Under the pieces are notes generated by a model. The model was given only the letters and a program-made list of their open reading frames with translations, was not told the origin of the DNA and did no database searches. Shown piece after piece: positions 1 to 8,939 of a stretch of 57,613 bases of DNA (position 1 is the first letter of the stretch; the number at the start of each line of letters is the position of its first letter). Origin of the DNA: Clostridiaceae bacterium (GTDB lineage Bacteria > Bacillota > Clostridia > DSM-8532); assembly GCA_012523705.1 (NCBI GenBank), contig JAAYTU010000089.1, positions 1 to 57,613 of the forward strand. Reading direction: 5' to 3'. Made by a program: the position numbers and the translations under genes.

Positions 1-56
1 AATAATATTAATTGACATTAAGCTCAAAAGAAGCTCAAAAAATTGGGGGGATTGCT

Positions 57-1004
57 TTGTCCTTTTCTTTGGAGATAAAAAGAGAATTAACCAGAATAGA
101 TAATTCACATATAAATTGCATGCATTACGAGTTATCGGGGATGCTGCGTGCAGGGATAAGCCTTAAAACTCATCAGGGGAGAAAAAGGCTACTATTTGTT
201 ACTGAGAATGCTTCACTTTCCCGACATTTGTTTTCAAGGGTTAAAGATCTCTATCAAAGCAGCCCTGAACTGATCATGCTAAAAACCAGGCGCTTTCATA
301 ATCATAATGTATATATGCTCGAATTCTCAGAGCTGTTGAATCAGGATATGCAGTCTTTCCTTAACAAAATGGGAATTTCAATTAATGAAACTGAAGCACA
401 GATTCAATACTATCCTATTGAAATATCGGATAAATGCTGTGTTAGAGCATATTTAAGAGGATGCTTCCTTGCCACTGGTTCTATTTCTGATCCAGACCGC
501 TCATACCATTTAGAAGTTTCTTTCGCAAATGAGCTTCTGGCAGAGGAGTATATTAATTGTTTAAAGGTTTTTGACGTTGAGGCAAAGCAAATAAAGAGAA
601 AAAGATATTTTGTGGTTTATCTTAAAGAGGGACAGGATATAGTGGATTTTCTCAATGTAATAGGAGCTCATAACGCCTTAATGAAGATGGAGAATATCAG
701 AATTATAAAAGATGTTAGAAACCAGGTGAACAGATTAGTAAACTGTGAAACTGCTAATCTCGAAAAGACCGTAAATGCATCACTTCGCCATGTAGACAGT
801 ATTAGATATATCAATTGTACCATAGGCATTGAAGCTCTTCCGGGAGCCCTGAGAGAAATAGCTTCCCTTCGCCTGGAAAACCCGGACAAAAGTCTGTCTG
901 AGCTTGGTAAAATGCTTAACCCTAATCTTTCTAAATCAGGTGTTAACCATAGACTTAAAAAAATAGATAAAATTGCTGATGAGCTTAGATTAAAAGGACA
1001 GTAG
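57..1004 (+). CDS. whiA: DNA-binding sporulation/cell-division regulator WhiA
   Basis: ORF 12..1004. From the TTG at 57 the product begins (M)SFSLEIKRELTRI, the typical WhiA N-terminus. It has a LAGLIDADG-like central region and a C-terminal HTH (LSELGKMLNPNLSKSGVNHRLKKI). GGGGGG at 45-50 gives a good SD for TTG 57, so TTG 12 is less likely. Confidence 0.85.
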   Translation: MSFSLEIKRELTRIDNSHINCMHYELSGMLRAGISLKTHQGRKRLLFVTENASLSRHLFSRVKDLYQSSPELIMLKTRRFHNHNVYMLEFSELLNQDMQSFLNKMGISINETEAQIQYYPIEISDKCCVRAYLRGCFLATGSISDPDRSYHLEVSFANELLAEEYINCLKVFDVEAKQIKRKRYFVVYLKEGQDIVDFLNVIGAHNALMKMENIRIIKDVRNQVNRLVNCETANLEKTVNASLRHVDSIRYINCTIGIEALPGALREIASLRLENPDKSLSELGKMLNPNLSKSGVNHRLKKIDKIADELRLKGQ

Positions 1005-1043
1005 AAACAATTATTCGCCTGCATCTTTAAACTTCTTTGAAAT

Positions 1044-1072
1044 AAAGGATGATACCGGGAAATAGAGAATTC
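1044..1072 (+). promoter_or_regulatory. sigma-H-type promoter candidate for the spoIIAA-spoIIAB-sigF operon
   Basis: AAAGGATGA (1044-1052), 11 nt, then AGAGAATTC (1064-1072). This matches the Bacillus sigma-H consensus RNAGGAWWW-N11/12-RNNGAATWW at the core AGGA and GAAT positions. It lies about 30 nt upstream of the spoIIAA ATG. Confidence 0.4.
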
Positions 1073-1102
1073 TTTATTTTATATGGATTTAGAGGTGAAA
1101 AG

Positions 1103-1411
1103 ATGGATATATCATTTAAAAGAGACCGAAATACCTTAGTTGTATTGATAGAGGGTGAGATAGATCATCATACATCGAAGGATGCAAGGGACAGAATTGA
1201 CAGCAAATTTATTATGGAGCCTGTTAAAAACATTATAATTGACTTATCAAAGGTATCATTTATGGACAGTTCCGGAATAGGCCTTATAACTGGCAGATTA
1301 AAAAAGGCTTCCAGTATTGGAGGTACTTTAGCAATTAAAAAGCCAAGTAAAGAGGTATTGAGAATTCTTAAAATGTCTAAGATTGACTCAATGATAGAAT
1401 TAGATGCTTAG
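1103..1411 (+). CDS. spoIIAA: anti-sigma-F factor antagonist SpoIIAA (STAS domain)
   Basis: STAS-domain protein with the phosphorylatable-serine motif FMDSSGIG. It is the first gene of a spoIIA-type operon. ATG 1103 follows AGAGGTGAAAAG; the ORF-track start at 1049 adds 18 non-conserved residues and has no SD. Confidence 0.85.
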   Translation: MDISFKRDRNTLVVLIEGEIDHHTSKDARDRIDSKFIMEPVKNIIIDLSKVSFMDSSGIGLITGRLKKASSIGGTLAIKKPSKEVLRILKMSKIDSMIELDA

Positions 1412-1449
1412 ATTTAAGATAAAGACTAAATTATAGTGAGGTTAAAAAT

Positions 1450-1878
1450 ATGCAACCAATTAATAAAGTAAAAGTCGAGTTTTTAAGTAAGTCCAGCAAT
1501 GAGGCATTTGCCCGTGTGGTTGCAGCTTCCTTTGTGGCTCAGGCAGATCCTTCTATAGAGGTTCTGGCAGATATAAGGACTGCTGTATCTGAGGCAGTGA
1601 CAAACTCAATAATTCATGGCTACGATGAGAAAGAGGGAATAATAACCATGGCATGTACTCTCTATCCTGAACTTGTAGAGATAACAATAGAGGATTCTGG
1701 CAAGGGGATAGAGGATATTGAAAAGGCAAAGGAACCTCTCTATACATCCAAACCTGAATTAGAAAGATCAGGTATGGGGTTTACTGTTATGGAGACCTTT
1801 ATGGACACTCTTATTATAGAATCATCACCGGGTACAGGCACAAGAATTGTCATGACCAAACAATTAGGGAATGGGTAA
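1450..1878 (+). CDS. spoIIAB: anti-sigma-F factor / serine protein kinase SpoIIAB
   Basis: HATPase_c-type kinase with N-box EAVTNSIIHG and G-boxes EDSGKGIED and SGMGFTVME. It sits between spoIIAA and sigF. Confidence 0.9.
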   Translation: MQPINKVKVEFLSKSSNEAFARVVAASFVAQADPSIEVLADIRTAVSEAVTNSIIHGYDEKEGIITMACTLYPELVEITIEDSGKGIEDIEKAKEPLYTSKPELERSGMGFTVMETFMDTLIIESSPGTGTRIVMTKQLGNG

Positions 1879-2620
1879 CTATAATATGAATGATATAAAG
1901 CATAGTTCAAACCTGGACTTGATAAAAAGAGCTCAAAGTGGAGATAAAGAAGCCCGCGACGCTCTAATAAACAAGAACACCGGGCTTGTATGGAGTATTG
2001 TCCGAAGATTCAGAAATCGCAATGTAGAAACTGAAGATCTCTTCCAAATAGGTTGTTTAGGACTGATTAAGGCAGTTGACAAATTTGATTGTTCCTTTAA
2101 TGTTCAGTTCTCCACCTATGCAGTTCCCATGATTTTAGGTGAAATTCGTCGTTATTTTAGAGATGACGGGGCAATAAAAGTAAGCAGGAGCCTTAAGGAG
2201 TTATCTCTGAAAGCAAGAGATGTCAGTGAAAGGCTTGAACAGGAGATGGGAAGGCCACCTACAATAAATGAGCTGGCAGAGGCTCTGAATGAAGAACCGG
2301 AAAACATCGTTCACGCAATTGAAGCATCCCGTGCCCCTGAGTCTCTGTTCCGGGAATATGAGGATGAGGAAGGGTCAGAGAACAGACTGATCGACCGTAT
2401 TGTGGCTCATGATAAGGACAGGGAAACAGAAACCGTAGAAAGAATCTCTCTTTATTGCGCATTAAAAGACCTCACAAATCGAGAAAAAGAGCTTATTAAA
2501 ATGCGGTATTATTCAGGCCATACACAGCAAAGTGTTGCCGAAAAGCTCGGGATATCACAGGTGCAGGTATCCAGACTGGAGAAAAAAATTCTGGAGTCAT
2601 TAAAGGCCAAATTACAATGA
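1871..2620 (+). CDS. sigF: sporulation sigma factor SigF (SpoIIAC)
   Basis: Sigma-70 regions 2-4 are present (DLFQIGCLGLIKAVDKFD; C-terminal HTH QQSVAEKLGISQVQVSRLEKK). It is the third gene of the spoIIA operon, with an 8-nt overlap ATGGGTAA with the spoIIAB stop. Confidence 0.9.
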   Translation: MGNYNMNDIKHSSNLDLIKRAQSGDKEARDALINKNTGLVWSIVRRFRNRNVETEDLFQIGCLGLIKAVDKFDCSFNVQFSTYAVPMILGEIRRYFRDDGAIKVSRSLKELSLKARDVSERLEQEMGRPPTINELAEALNEEPENIVHAIEASRAPESLFREYEDEEGSENRLIDRIVAHDKDRETETVERISLYCALKDLTNREKELIKMRYYSGHTQQSVAEKLGISQVQVSRLEKKILESLKAKLQ

Positions 2621-2654
2621 AATAAGCTCAACAATGTATTTACTTGTTAATCTA

Positions 2655-4040
2655 TCACCTAATCCTTCTGGCCTCAAGGTAGAAGCGCTTTTCAGAGGCT
2701 TCTCCCATTGAGAAGGTTTTTCTTGGCAGAGCACCGTCCAAAATAACGGTTTTGAACAGCTCATTTTTATCAAGCTTATCGAGGAAAAATCCCAAATTCC
2801 CTGGTATGCTGCCTAATTTACCTGTGACATCATCACCGTGGACATAGTCAACGGTGGTATTTTTATTATTGGCTAAATAATCATCTAAAAAGCTCTGTAG
2901 TGTTCCCACATCCAAATTAAATAGGGGAGATTCAACCCAAAGAAATCCTTCCTTTTCAGATGTAACAAATCTTATAGCATGTCCTGTTAAGCTTGAAATA
3001 TCGGCATCTGATGATAGTATTGCAGCCTTGCAGCCTTGTTTATCATAGAATTCTACAAATGAGTTTATTAAGTGGTCAGCATCTACATTGAATACAACAC
3101 GGTGAATGGGTTCGAAAACCAGACCATTGTCATGCAAATTCACAACCTCAACTAATGCATATCTCGCAGGATGGTTGTCCAATTCAGATGGATCCAGATC
3201 TTTTTTTACATTTTCCCAGCAGGCTTTTGCCGTTGCCAGAGAGTGATTTCCATCTCCTACTGCGAATAAAAGTACCCCTAAATCTTCCTTAAGATTATAA
3301 CGGACCTTAAAATTCTCCTCATCAGCCAAAACATTTAATGCATGAACTATACCTGTGATGTCATTCTCCTTATCTATCTTCCAGCCCTTTATTGAACCGC
3401 TGTTTTTCATAAGGTCAAAGGAGTATATCTCGGATATAGAGTCTGTCTTTGATAAAAGCGGCTCAATCACAGACTTTTTAGGGTCATCAATTAGCAGCAT
3501 GATATGGGGTAATTCAAGGCAAGCATTCTCACGTATTTTAATTCGTGGGGGCAAGCGGTCAATTATAGTACCCTCAGTAGCTCGTATAAGGCTTTGCGAT
3601 CCCTTATTATAATCATATTTTTCCAAATCAACCGCCAACATTAGGCCATGTCTTTTGTTGCCGTCTTCAAAAGTTCTTTCGACTAAAATTATAGTGTCCT
3701 TAAGTTCGCACCATATATCGTTATCACAATATGATGTCATATTGTCATTAATGGATCTGATTCGTTTAGTTTTATCTTCATCTGATTCTATTTCCAAATA
3801 TGCCTCCGGAAAGACTAGACGTAGTGTTGATGGGCTTTTTCCTACGAATTCATCAACATCATTCCAATATTCCAGCTCAGATGTATATTGATCACAAGCT
3901 ACAACCGACCATTTTTGCATATTAATTTTATCATTAGGAATAAGAACAGAAGAAATATTAATACCTAAATTCTTCATATTGTTTATCAAGTCTGAATTAG
4001 TCATAAATACTATTGCCTCCATAGATTTTTCTTCGTTCAT
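2655..4040 (-). CDS. DUF1015 family protein (function unknown)
   Basis: A 461-aa ORF whose pattern resembles DUF1015 as I remember it: N-terminal ACDQY / RLVFPE segment, TEGTIIDRLPPRIKIRE...PHIMLLIDD, and GDGNHSLATAKA in place of the usual DGHHR-type motif. The start is uncertain; internal ATGs at M7 and M13 are possible and GGAGG precedes M13. Confidence 0.55.
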   Translation of the reverse strand: MNEEKSMEAIVFMTNSDLINNMKNLGINISSVLIPNDKINMQKWSVVACDQYTSELEYWNDVDEFVGKSPSTLRLVFPEAYLEIESDEDKTKRIRSINDNMTSYCDNDIWCELKDTIILVERTFEDGNKRHGLMLAVDLEKYDYNKGSQSLIRATEGTIIDRLPPRIKIRENACLELPHIMLLIDDPKKSVIEPLLSKTDSISEIYSFDLMKNSGSIKGWKIDKENDITGIVHALNVLADEENFKVRYNLKEDLGVLLFAVGDGNHSLATAKACWENVKKDLDPSELDNHPARYALVEVVNLHDNGLVFEPIHRVVFNVDADHLINSFVEFYDKQGCKAAILSSDADISSLTGHAIRFVTSEKEGFLWVESPLFNLDVGTLQSFLDDYLANNKNTTVDYVHGDDVTGKLGSIPGNLGFFLDKLDKNELFKTVILDGALPRKTFSMGEASEKRFYLEARRIR

Positions 4041-4138
4041 TTTAGATTATCATCTAATAACTGTCAAACACTTCATGAATTCAAATCGCAATTTATTGAA
4101 ATAATAAAGAAAAGTAAATATTTCAGGAGGTAAAATAT

Positions 4139-4318
4139 ATGCGAAAAGGATTTTTAGGTGGAGTAGTATTTGGAGCTGTGATGGGTGCAACAATTTCTAT
4201 TATTGCCGAGGAAAATTTTAAGATGGACCGCTCGGTTAAGGCTATGAAAAGGGCCGGGAAAAATATAGGCAGATGCGCAGGAAGGGCATATTCAACCATG
4301 AGACATATGATCTTTTGA
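4139..4318 (+). CDS. small (59 aa) glycine-zipper membrane protein, function unknown
   Basis: Not in the ORF track (below 60 aa). ATG 4139 is preceded by CAGGAGGTAAAATAT. It translates to MRKGFLGGVVFGAVMGATISIIAEENFKMDRSVKAMKRAGKNIGRCAGRAYSTMRHMIF, with stop TGA at 4316-4318. It has one Gly/Ala-rich TM helix plus a basic tail. A terminator hairpin follows at 4424. Confidence 0.45.
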   Translation: MRKGFLGGVVFGAVMGATISIIAEENFKMDRSVKAMKRAGKNIGRCAGRAYSTMRHMIF

Positions 4319-4423
4319 TTATCAATTCCTCAAATCTGTTTATTGCGGTAAATATGGTAGGTTGGAACCGGCCTCTTTTAATCTTATTATAATTATTTAC
4401 ACACAAAAGATTAATTATATGTT

Positions 4424-4455
4424 AATAGGCATATTAATTTATGCCTATTTTTATT
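4424..4455 (+). terminator. intrinsic terminator downstream of the small membrane-protein gene
   Basis: AATAGGCATA (4424-4433), loop TTAATT, TATGCCTATT (4440-4449). This is a perfect 10-bp stem followed by TTTATT. Confidence 0.6.
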
Positions 4456-4555
4456 ATGATTAAATATGATAAAATGGTACAGTATCTAATAATTCAATAA
4501 TTAAATTCTTATATAAATTGAATAAAATTTTACAAGTTTTATCAAGGAGGATTAC

Positions 4556-7500
4556 GTGAAGTATTATAAGGATTATTACAGAGTTGGTATTGATGTCGGC
4601 TCCACAACCATTAAAATTGTCGTTTTAAATAGACAGGATGAGTTAATATACAGCCAATATGAACGCCATTTGTCTGATGTCAGAAACAAACTGATTGAAA
4701 TGCTAAGGGAGGCCAGTAAGACATTCTGGGATTCCAATGTAAAAATAATGATTACAGGCTCAGGAGGAATGAATATTTCCCAAGGCATTGGAGTTGGGTT
4801 TACCCAAGAGGTTATTGCGGCAACAAAGGTTATAAAAGCCTATTATCCACAGACTGATGTCGCCATCGAATTGGGCGGAGAAGACGCAAAGATTACATAC
4901 TTTGATAATGGAACCGATCAGCGGATGAATGGTACTTGTGCCGGAGGAACAGGTGCTTTTATTGATCAGATGGCCACTCTTCTGAAGGTGGACGCTGCTG
5001 GTCTTAACGAACTTGCCAAAAAGCATAAGGTCATTTATCCTATAGCTGCAAGATGTGGCGTATTTGCCAAGACTGATGTTCAGCCATTACTCAATGAAGG
5101 AGTTGCAAGAGAAGATATAGCTGCCTCAATTCTTCAAGCTGTTGTAATTCAGACTATTGGCGGACTTGCTTGTGGAAGACCCATTCGTGGAAATGTTGCC
5201 TTTTTAGGAGGTCCTCTGTATTTCCTTTCAGAGCTTCGAAAAAGATTTATAGATACTCTTAATCTGACTGATGAACAGATTATTTTTCCCGAGAATTCAC
5301 AGCTTATTGTTGCCATTGGCGCAGCAATAGCCGCTGAGGATGAGGACTGTGTTAAATTCAGTACTATTATTTCCAATCTAAAAAATCTTACTGATGTTAC
5401 CAATGAAACAAACAGGTTAATGCCTCTTTTTACTTCTGAAGAAGAGTATAAAGGGTTTAGAAAAAGACATGATAAAAATTCAGTGCCAAAGCGGAATTTA
5501 CAAACCTTCGAAGGAAACTGTTATTTAGGAATTGATTCAGGCTCCACCACAACAAAGCTTGCATTAATAGATGATGAGGGGGCGCTGTTATATACCTACT
5601 ATGGAAGTAATGGTGGAAATCCACTCAAATCAACTATTACGGCTCTAGAAGATCTATATTATGCACTTCCTCCTAAGGCCAGAATAGTAAACTCTACCGT
5701 TACAGGCTACGGTGAGAGCTTAATAAAGACAGGCTTAAAAGTGGATATTGGTGAGATTGAAACCATAGCCCATTATAAGGCTGCAGAGCATTTTTGTCCT
5801 GGAGTAGATTTCATATTGGATATAGGCGGCCAGGATATGAAATGCTTAAAGATTCAGGATGGAATGATTGACACCATCCTTCTGAACGAAGCATGCTCTT
5901 CGGGCTGTGGTTCATTCCTGGACACATTTGCAGCATCCCTTCATATGTCCATAGAAGATTTCTCTAAGGAGGCTCTTTTTGCAGATAATCCTGTGGATCT
6001 CGGCTCGCGGTGTACTGTATTTATGAACTCTAAGGTAAAACAGGCGCAAAAAGAAGGGGCATCAGTTGGTGAAATCTCTGCTGGCTTATCATATTCTGTA
6101 ATAAAGAATGCCTTGTTCAAGGTTATTAAAATAAAAAACCCTGAGGAACTTGGAGAAAAGATTGTAGTACAAGGGGGTACATTCAATAACGATGCCGCAC
6201 TAAGGTGTTTTGAGCTTTTATCAGAAAGAAAGGCCATCCGCCCTGATATTGCAGGCATCATGGGAGCCTTTGGTGCCGCCCTTATAGCAAGGGAAAGATA
6301 TGATGAATCATATAAATCCACCTTAGCCTCAGCTGAAGGGTTAAAGAATCTAAAGCCCGAATTAAAGGTTACCAGGTGTGGAAGATGTTCAAACAACTGC
6401 CTGTTGACTATAAATAAATTTGCAGACGGAGGACGGTTTATTTCCGGAAACCGTTGTGAAAAGGGCGAGGGGAAAAATACCGAGTCCGGTAAACTGCCTA
6501 ATCTTTACGAGTATAAATATAAGAGAGTATTTGATTATGAGCCCATTCCGGCCGAGGAAGCAAAGAGAGGGACTGTAGGAATTCCAAGAGTATTGAATAT
6601 GTATGAGGATTATCCCTTCTGGTTTACTCTGTTCACCGAGCTTGGCTTTAATGTAGTTCTTTCTGATAGATCTTCTGTAAGTGTGTATGAGAAGGGAATT
6701 GAAACTATTCCTTCAGAATCGGTCTGCTATCCGGCAAAGATGGTTCATGGCCATGTTGCTAATCTTATTGATAAGGGTATCCGATTTATTTTCTATCCCT
6801 CCATTGTCCATGAGAATATAAGAAACGAAGGGGCAGACAATATTTATAATTGTCCTATCGTTATTTCGTATCCTGAGGTTATTGCAAATAATATAGAGGA
6901 TTTACGGGAAAAGGATATTACGTTTTTACATCCCTTCTTTTCTTTAGATAATGAAAAAAAAGTGGCAAAAAGAATATATGAGGAATTATTCGGATTTGAA
7001 ATAGACAAAAAAGAGGTAAGACAAGCAGTCAAAAAAGCATATGAAGAACTTGAAAATTTCAGGAAGGATATTAACAGGGCAGGGGAAAAAGCTCTTGAGT
7101 ACATAAAAGAAAACAATATCAAAGGTATTGTTTTAGCCGGAAGACCTTACCATATTGATCCCCAGATTAATCATGGCATACCACAGATGATTAATTCCCT
7201 GGGGCTGGCAGTGCTTACTGAGGATTCAGTTTCACATCTAGGTCATATTGAGTTCCCCCTTAGGGTGGTTAACCAATGGGCTTACCATTCAAGACTGTAT
7301 CTTGCAGCAGATTATGTTTCCAAGCAAACTGATCTTGAATTAGTACAGCTAGTATCCTTTGGCTGTGGTGTGGACGCGGTTACTACAGATCAGGTGCATG
7401 AGATATTAAGCAGCAATTCCAAAATGTATACCATGCTCAAAATTGACGAAGGTAGCAATTTAGGTGCTGCAAGGATAAGAATCCGTTCTTTAAAGGCAAC

Positions 7501-8830
7501 CATGCTTGAACGTTCGAAGAATGGTTATGAGCTCAAAGTAAAGGGTGACCCTTACCATAGAAAACTTTTCACACAGGAAATGAAGGAGAAACATACTATT
7601 TTGGCCCCTCAAATGTCGCCGGTTCATTTTAGATTTGTAGAAGAGGCCGCAAGGCTTTCGGGGTATAAGATGAAGGTCCTGCCTGATATAGATTCAGAGG
7701 CAGTGGATATAGGCTTAAAATACGTAAATAACGATGCCTGCTATCCGTCAATAATTGTAGTTGGGCAATTGATTAAAGCTTTACAATCAGGCGAATATGA
7801 CCCTGATAATACCTCAATGATTATCACTCAGACCGGAGGAGGCTGCAGAGCAACAAACTATATTGCTTTTTTAAGAAAGGCGTTAAAGGATGCGGGTTAT
7901 GAACAGGTGCCCGTAATATCTCTAAATGCAAGTGGTTTAGAATCAAACCCCGGATTTAATATCTCCTTAAGGTTGCTTAACAGGGCCATGATGGCACTTC
8001 TTTACGGAGATTTGTTTATGAGTGTGGTCTATAGAGTACGACCATACGAAAAAATTAAAGGCTCAGCAAATAAGCTATATGAGAAATGGGCTGAAATATG
8101 CACTGAATCATTAAAGGATGCTAGCATTAAGCAGTTTAAAGATAATATATATAACATTGTTAAAGAATTCGATGCATTGGAAATAACAGACGAGGTTAAG
8201 CCGAAGGTGGGCATAGTAGGAGAGATTCTGGTAAAATATCATCCTACGGCAAATAATGATGTTGTTAAGGTTGTTGAATCTGAAGGTGGAGAGGCAGTTG
8301 TGCCAAGTCTTACCGATTTTTTCCTTTACTGCGCATATAACCATGAATTTGCCCATAGATATTTGTCTGACGATACAAAGACTTTGCTAATATCAAAGGC
8401 TGCTATTAAAATAATCGAGCTATACAGAAGAACATATAAAAAGGCACTTGCTAACAGTGACAGATTCTATGAGCAAAAAAGTATTCAGGAGATTGCCGAA
8501 GGCGCACAAAAGGTTATGTCCCTGGGTAATCAGACGGGTGAAGGCTGGCTTCTTACAGGGGAGATGATAGAGCTTATAGAAAATGGTGTTAAAAATATAA
8601 TCTGTATGCAACCCTTCGCATGCCTGCCTAATCACGTTGTTGGAAAGGGAATGATAAAGGAATTAAAGAGAGTATATCCTGGTGCCAATATTGTTGCAGT
8701 TGACTATGACCCGGGTGCCAGTGAAGTAAATCAGCTCAACAGAATTAAGCTTATGATATCAACAGCCTTTGATAATCTAAAAAATGAAGAGAATAGTGCA
8801 AAGGCCATTAAGAAGGAGCTGATAAGTTAA
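4556..8830 (+). CDS. acyl-CoA dehydratase activase-related fusion protein (2x BcrAD/BadFG ATPase + DUF2229/dehydratase-like Cys-rich domains)
   Basis: 1424 aa, GTG start after GGAGGATTAC. There are two ASKHA/BadF-BcrA-HgdC-type ATPase modules ([10 protein letters not shown] at residue ~12 and [10 protein letters not shown] at ~326). A Cys cluster CGRCSNNC...GNRCEKG follows. The C-terminal region carries conserved cysteines ([43 protein letters not shown]), typical of CoA-substrate-specific enzyme activase/dehydratase-like proteins. Confidence 0.8.
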   Translation: MKYYKDYYRVGIDVGSTTIKIVVLNRQDELIYSQYERHLSDVRNKLIEMLREASKTFWDSNVKIMITGSGGMNISQGIGVGFTQEVIAATKVIKAYYPQTDVAIELGGEDAKITYFDNGTDQRMNGTCAGGTGAFIDQMATLLKVDAAGLNELAKKHKVIYPIAARCGVFAKTDVQPLLNEGVAREDIAASILQAVVIQTIGGLACGRPIRGNVAFLGGPLYFLSELRKRFIDTLNLTDEQIIFPENSQLIVAIGAAIAAEDEDCVKFSTIISNLKNLTDVTNETNRLMPLFTSEEEYKGFRKRHDKNSVPKRNLQTFEGNCYLGIDSGSTTTKLALIDDEGALLYTYYGSNGGNPLKSTITALEDLYYALPPKARIVNSTVTGYGESLIKTGLKVDIGEIETIAHYKAAEHFCPGVDFILDIGGQDMKCLKIQDGMIDTILLNEACSSGCGSFLDTFAASLHMSIEDFSKEALFADNPVDLGSRCTVFMNSKVKQAQKEGASVGEISAGLSYSVIKNALFKVIKIKNPEELGEKIVVQGGTFNNDAALRCFELLSERKAIRPDIAGIMGAFGAALIARERYDESYKSTLASAEGLKNLKPELKVTRCGRCSNNCLLTINKFADGGRFISGNRCEKGEGKNTESGKLPNLYEYKYKRVFDYEPIPAEEAKRGTVGIPRVLNMYEDYPFWFTLFTELGFNVVLSDRSSVSVYEKGIETIPSESVCYPAKMVHGHVANLIDKGIRFIFYPSIVHENIRNEGADNIYNCPIVISYPEVIANNIEDLREKDITFLHPFFSLDNEKKVAKRIYEELFGFEIDKKEVRQAVKKAYEELENFRKDINRAGEKALEYIKENNIKGIVLAGRPYHIDPQINHGIPQMINSLGLAVLTEDSVSHLGHIEFPLRVVNQWAYHSRLYLAADYVSKQTDLELVQLVSFGCGVDAVTTDQVHEILSSNSKMYTMLKIDEGSNLGAARIRIRSLKATMLERSKNGYELKVKGDPYHRKLFTQEMKEKHTILAPQMSPVHFRFVEEAARLSGYKMKVLPDIDSEAVDIGLKYVNNDACYPSIIVVGQLIKALQSGEYDPDNTSMIITQTGGGCRATNYIAFLRKALKDAGYEQVPVISLNASGLESNPGFNISLRLLNRAMMALLYGDLFMSVVYRVRPYEKIKGSANKLYEKWAEICTESLKDASIKQFKDNIYNIVKEFDALEITDEVKPKVGIVGEILVKYHPTANNDVVKVVESEGGEAVVPSLTDFFLYCAYNHEFAHRYLSDDTKTLLISKAAIKIIELYRRTYKKALANSDRFYEQKSIQEIAEGAQKVMSLGNQTGEGWLLTGEMIELIENGVKNIICMQPFACLPNHVVGKGMIKELKRVYPGANIVAVDYDPGASEVNQLNRIKLMISTAFDNLKNEENSAKAIKKELIS

Positions 8831-8850
8831 GCATAGCTAAATTGCACTGC

Positions 8851-8880
8851 TTGACTCATGCAACTTAGATTAGGTATACT
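8851..8880 (+). promoter_or_regulatory. sigma-A-like promoter upstream of alaS
   Basis: TTGACT (8851-8856), 18 nt, TATACT (8875-8880), about 60 nt upstream of the alaS ATG. Confidence 0.4.
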
Positions 8881-8939
8881 ATTTCAAGAATATTGCATGT
8901 AAGATAATAATGTTACTTTAGGAAGGTCGTAATAACAAT

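Noticed and set aside
4843-4851. Perfect DnaA box TTATCCACA.
   Set aside because: It is a single copy inside the coding region of the 1424-aa gene. One such 9-mer is roughly expected by chance in a window this size, and there is no cluster, AT-rich unwinding element or dnaA/dnaN context.
8831-8939. Possible T-box leader upstream of alaS.
   Set aside because: Only ~110 nt separate the upstream stop from the alaS ATG, and about 60 nt remain after the predicted promoter. That is far too short for a T-box, and I saw no specifier loop, T-box sequence or terminator/antiterminator.
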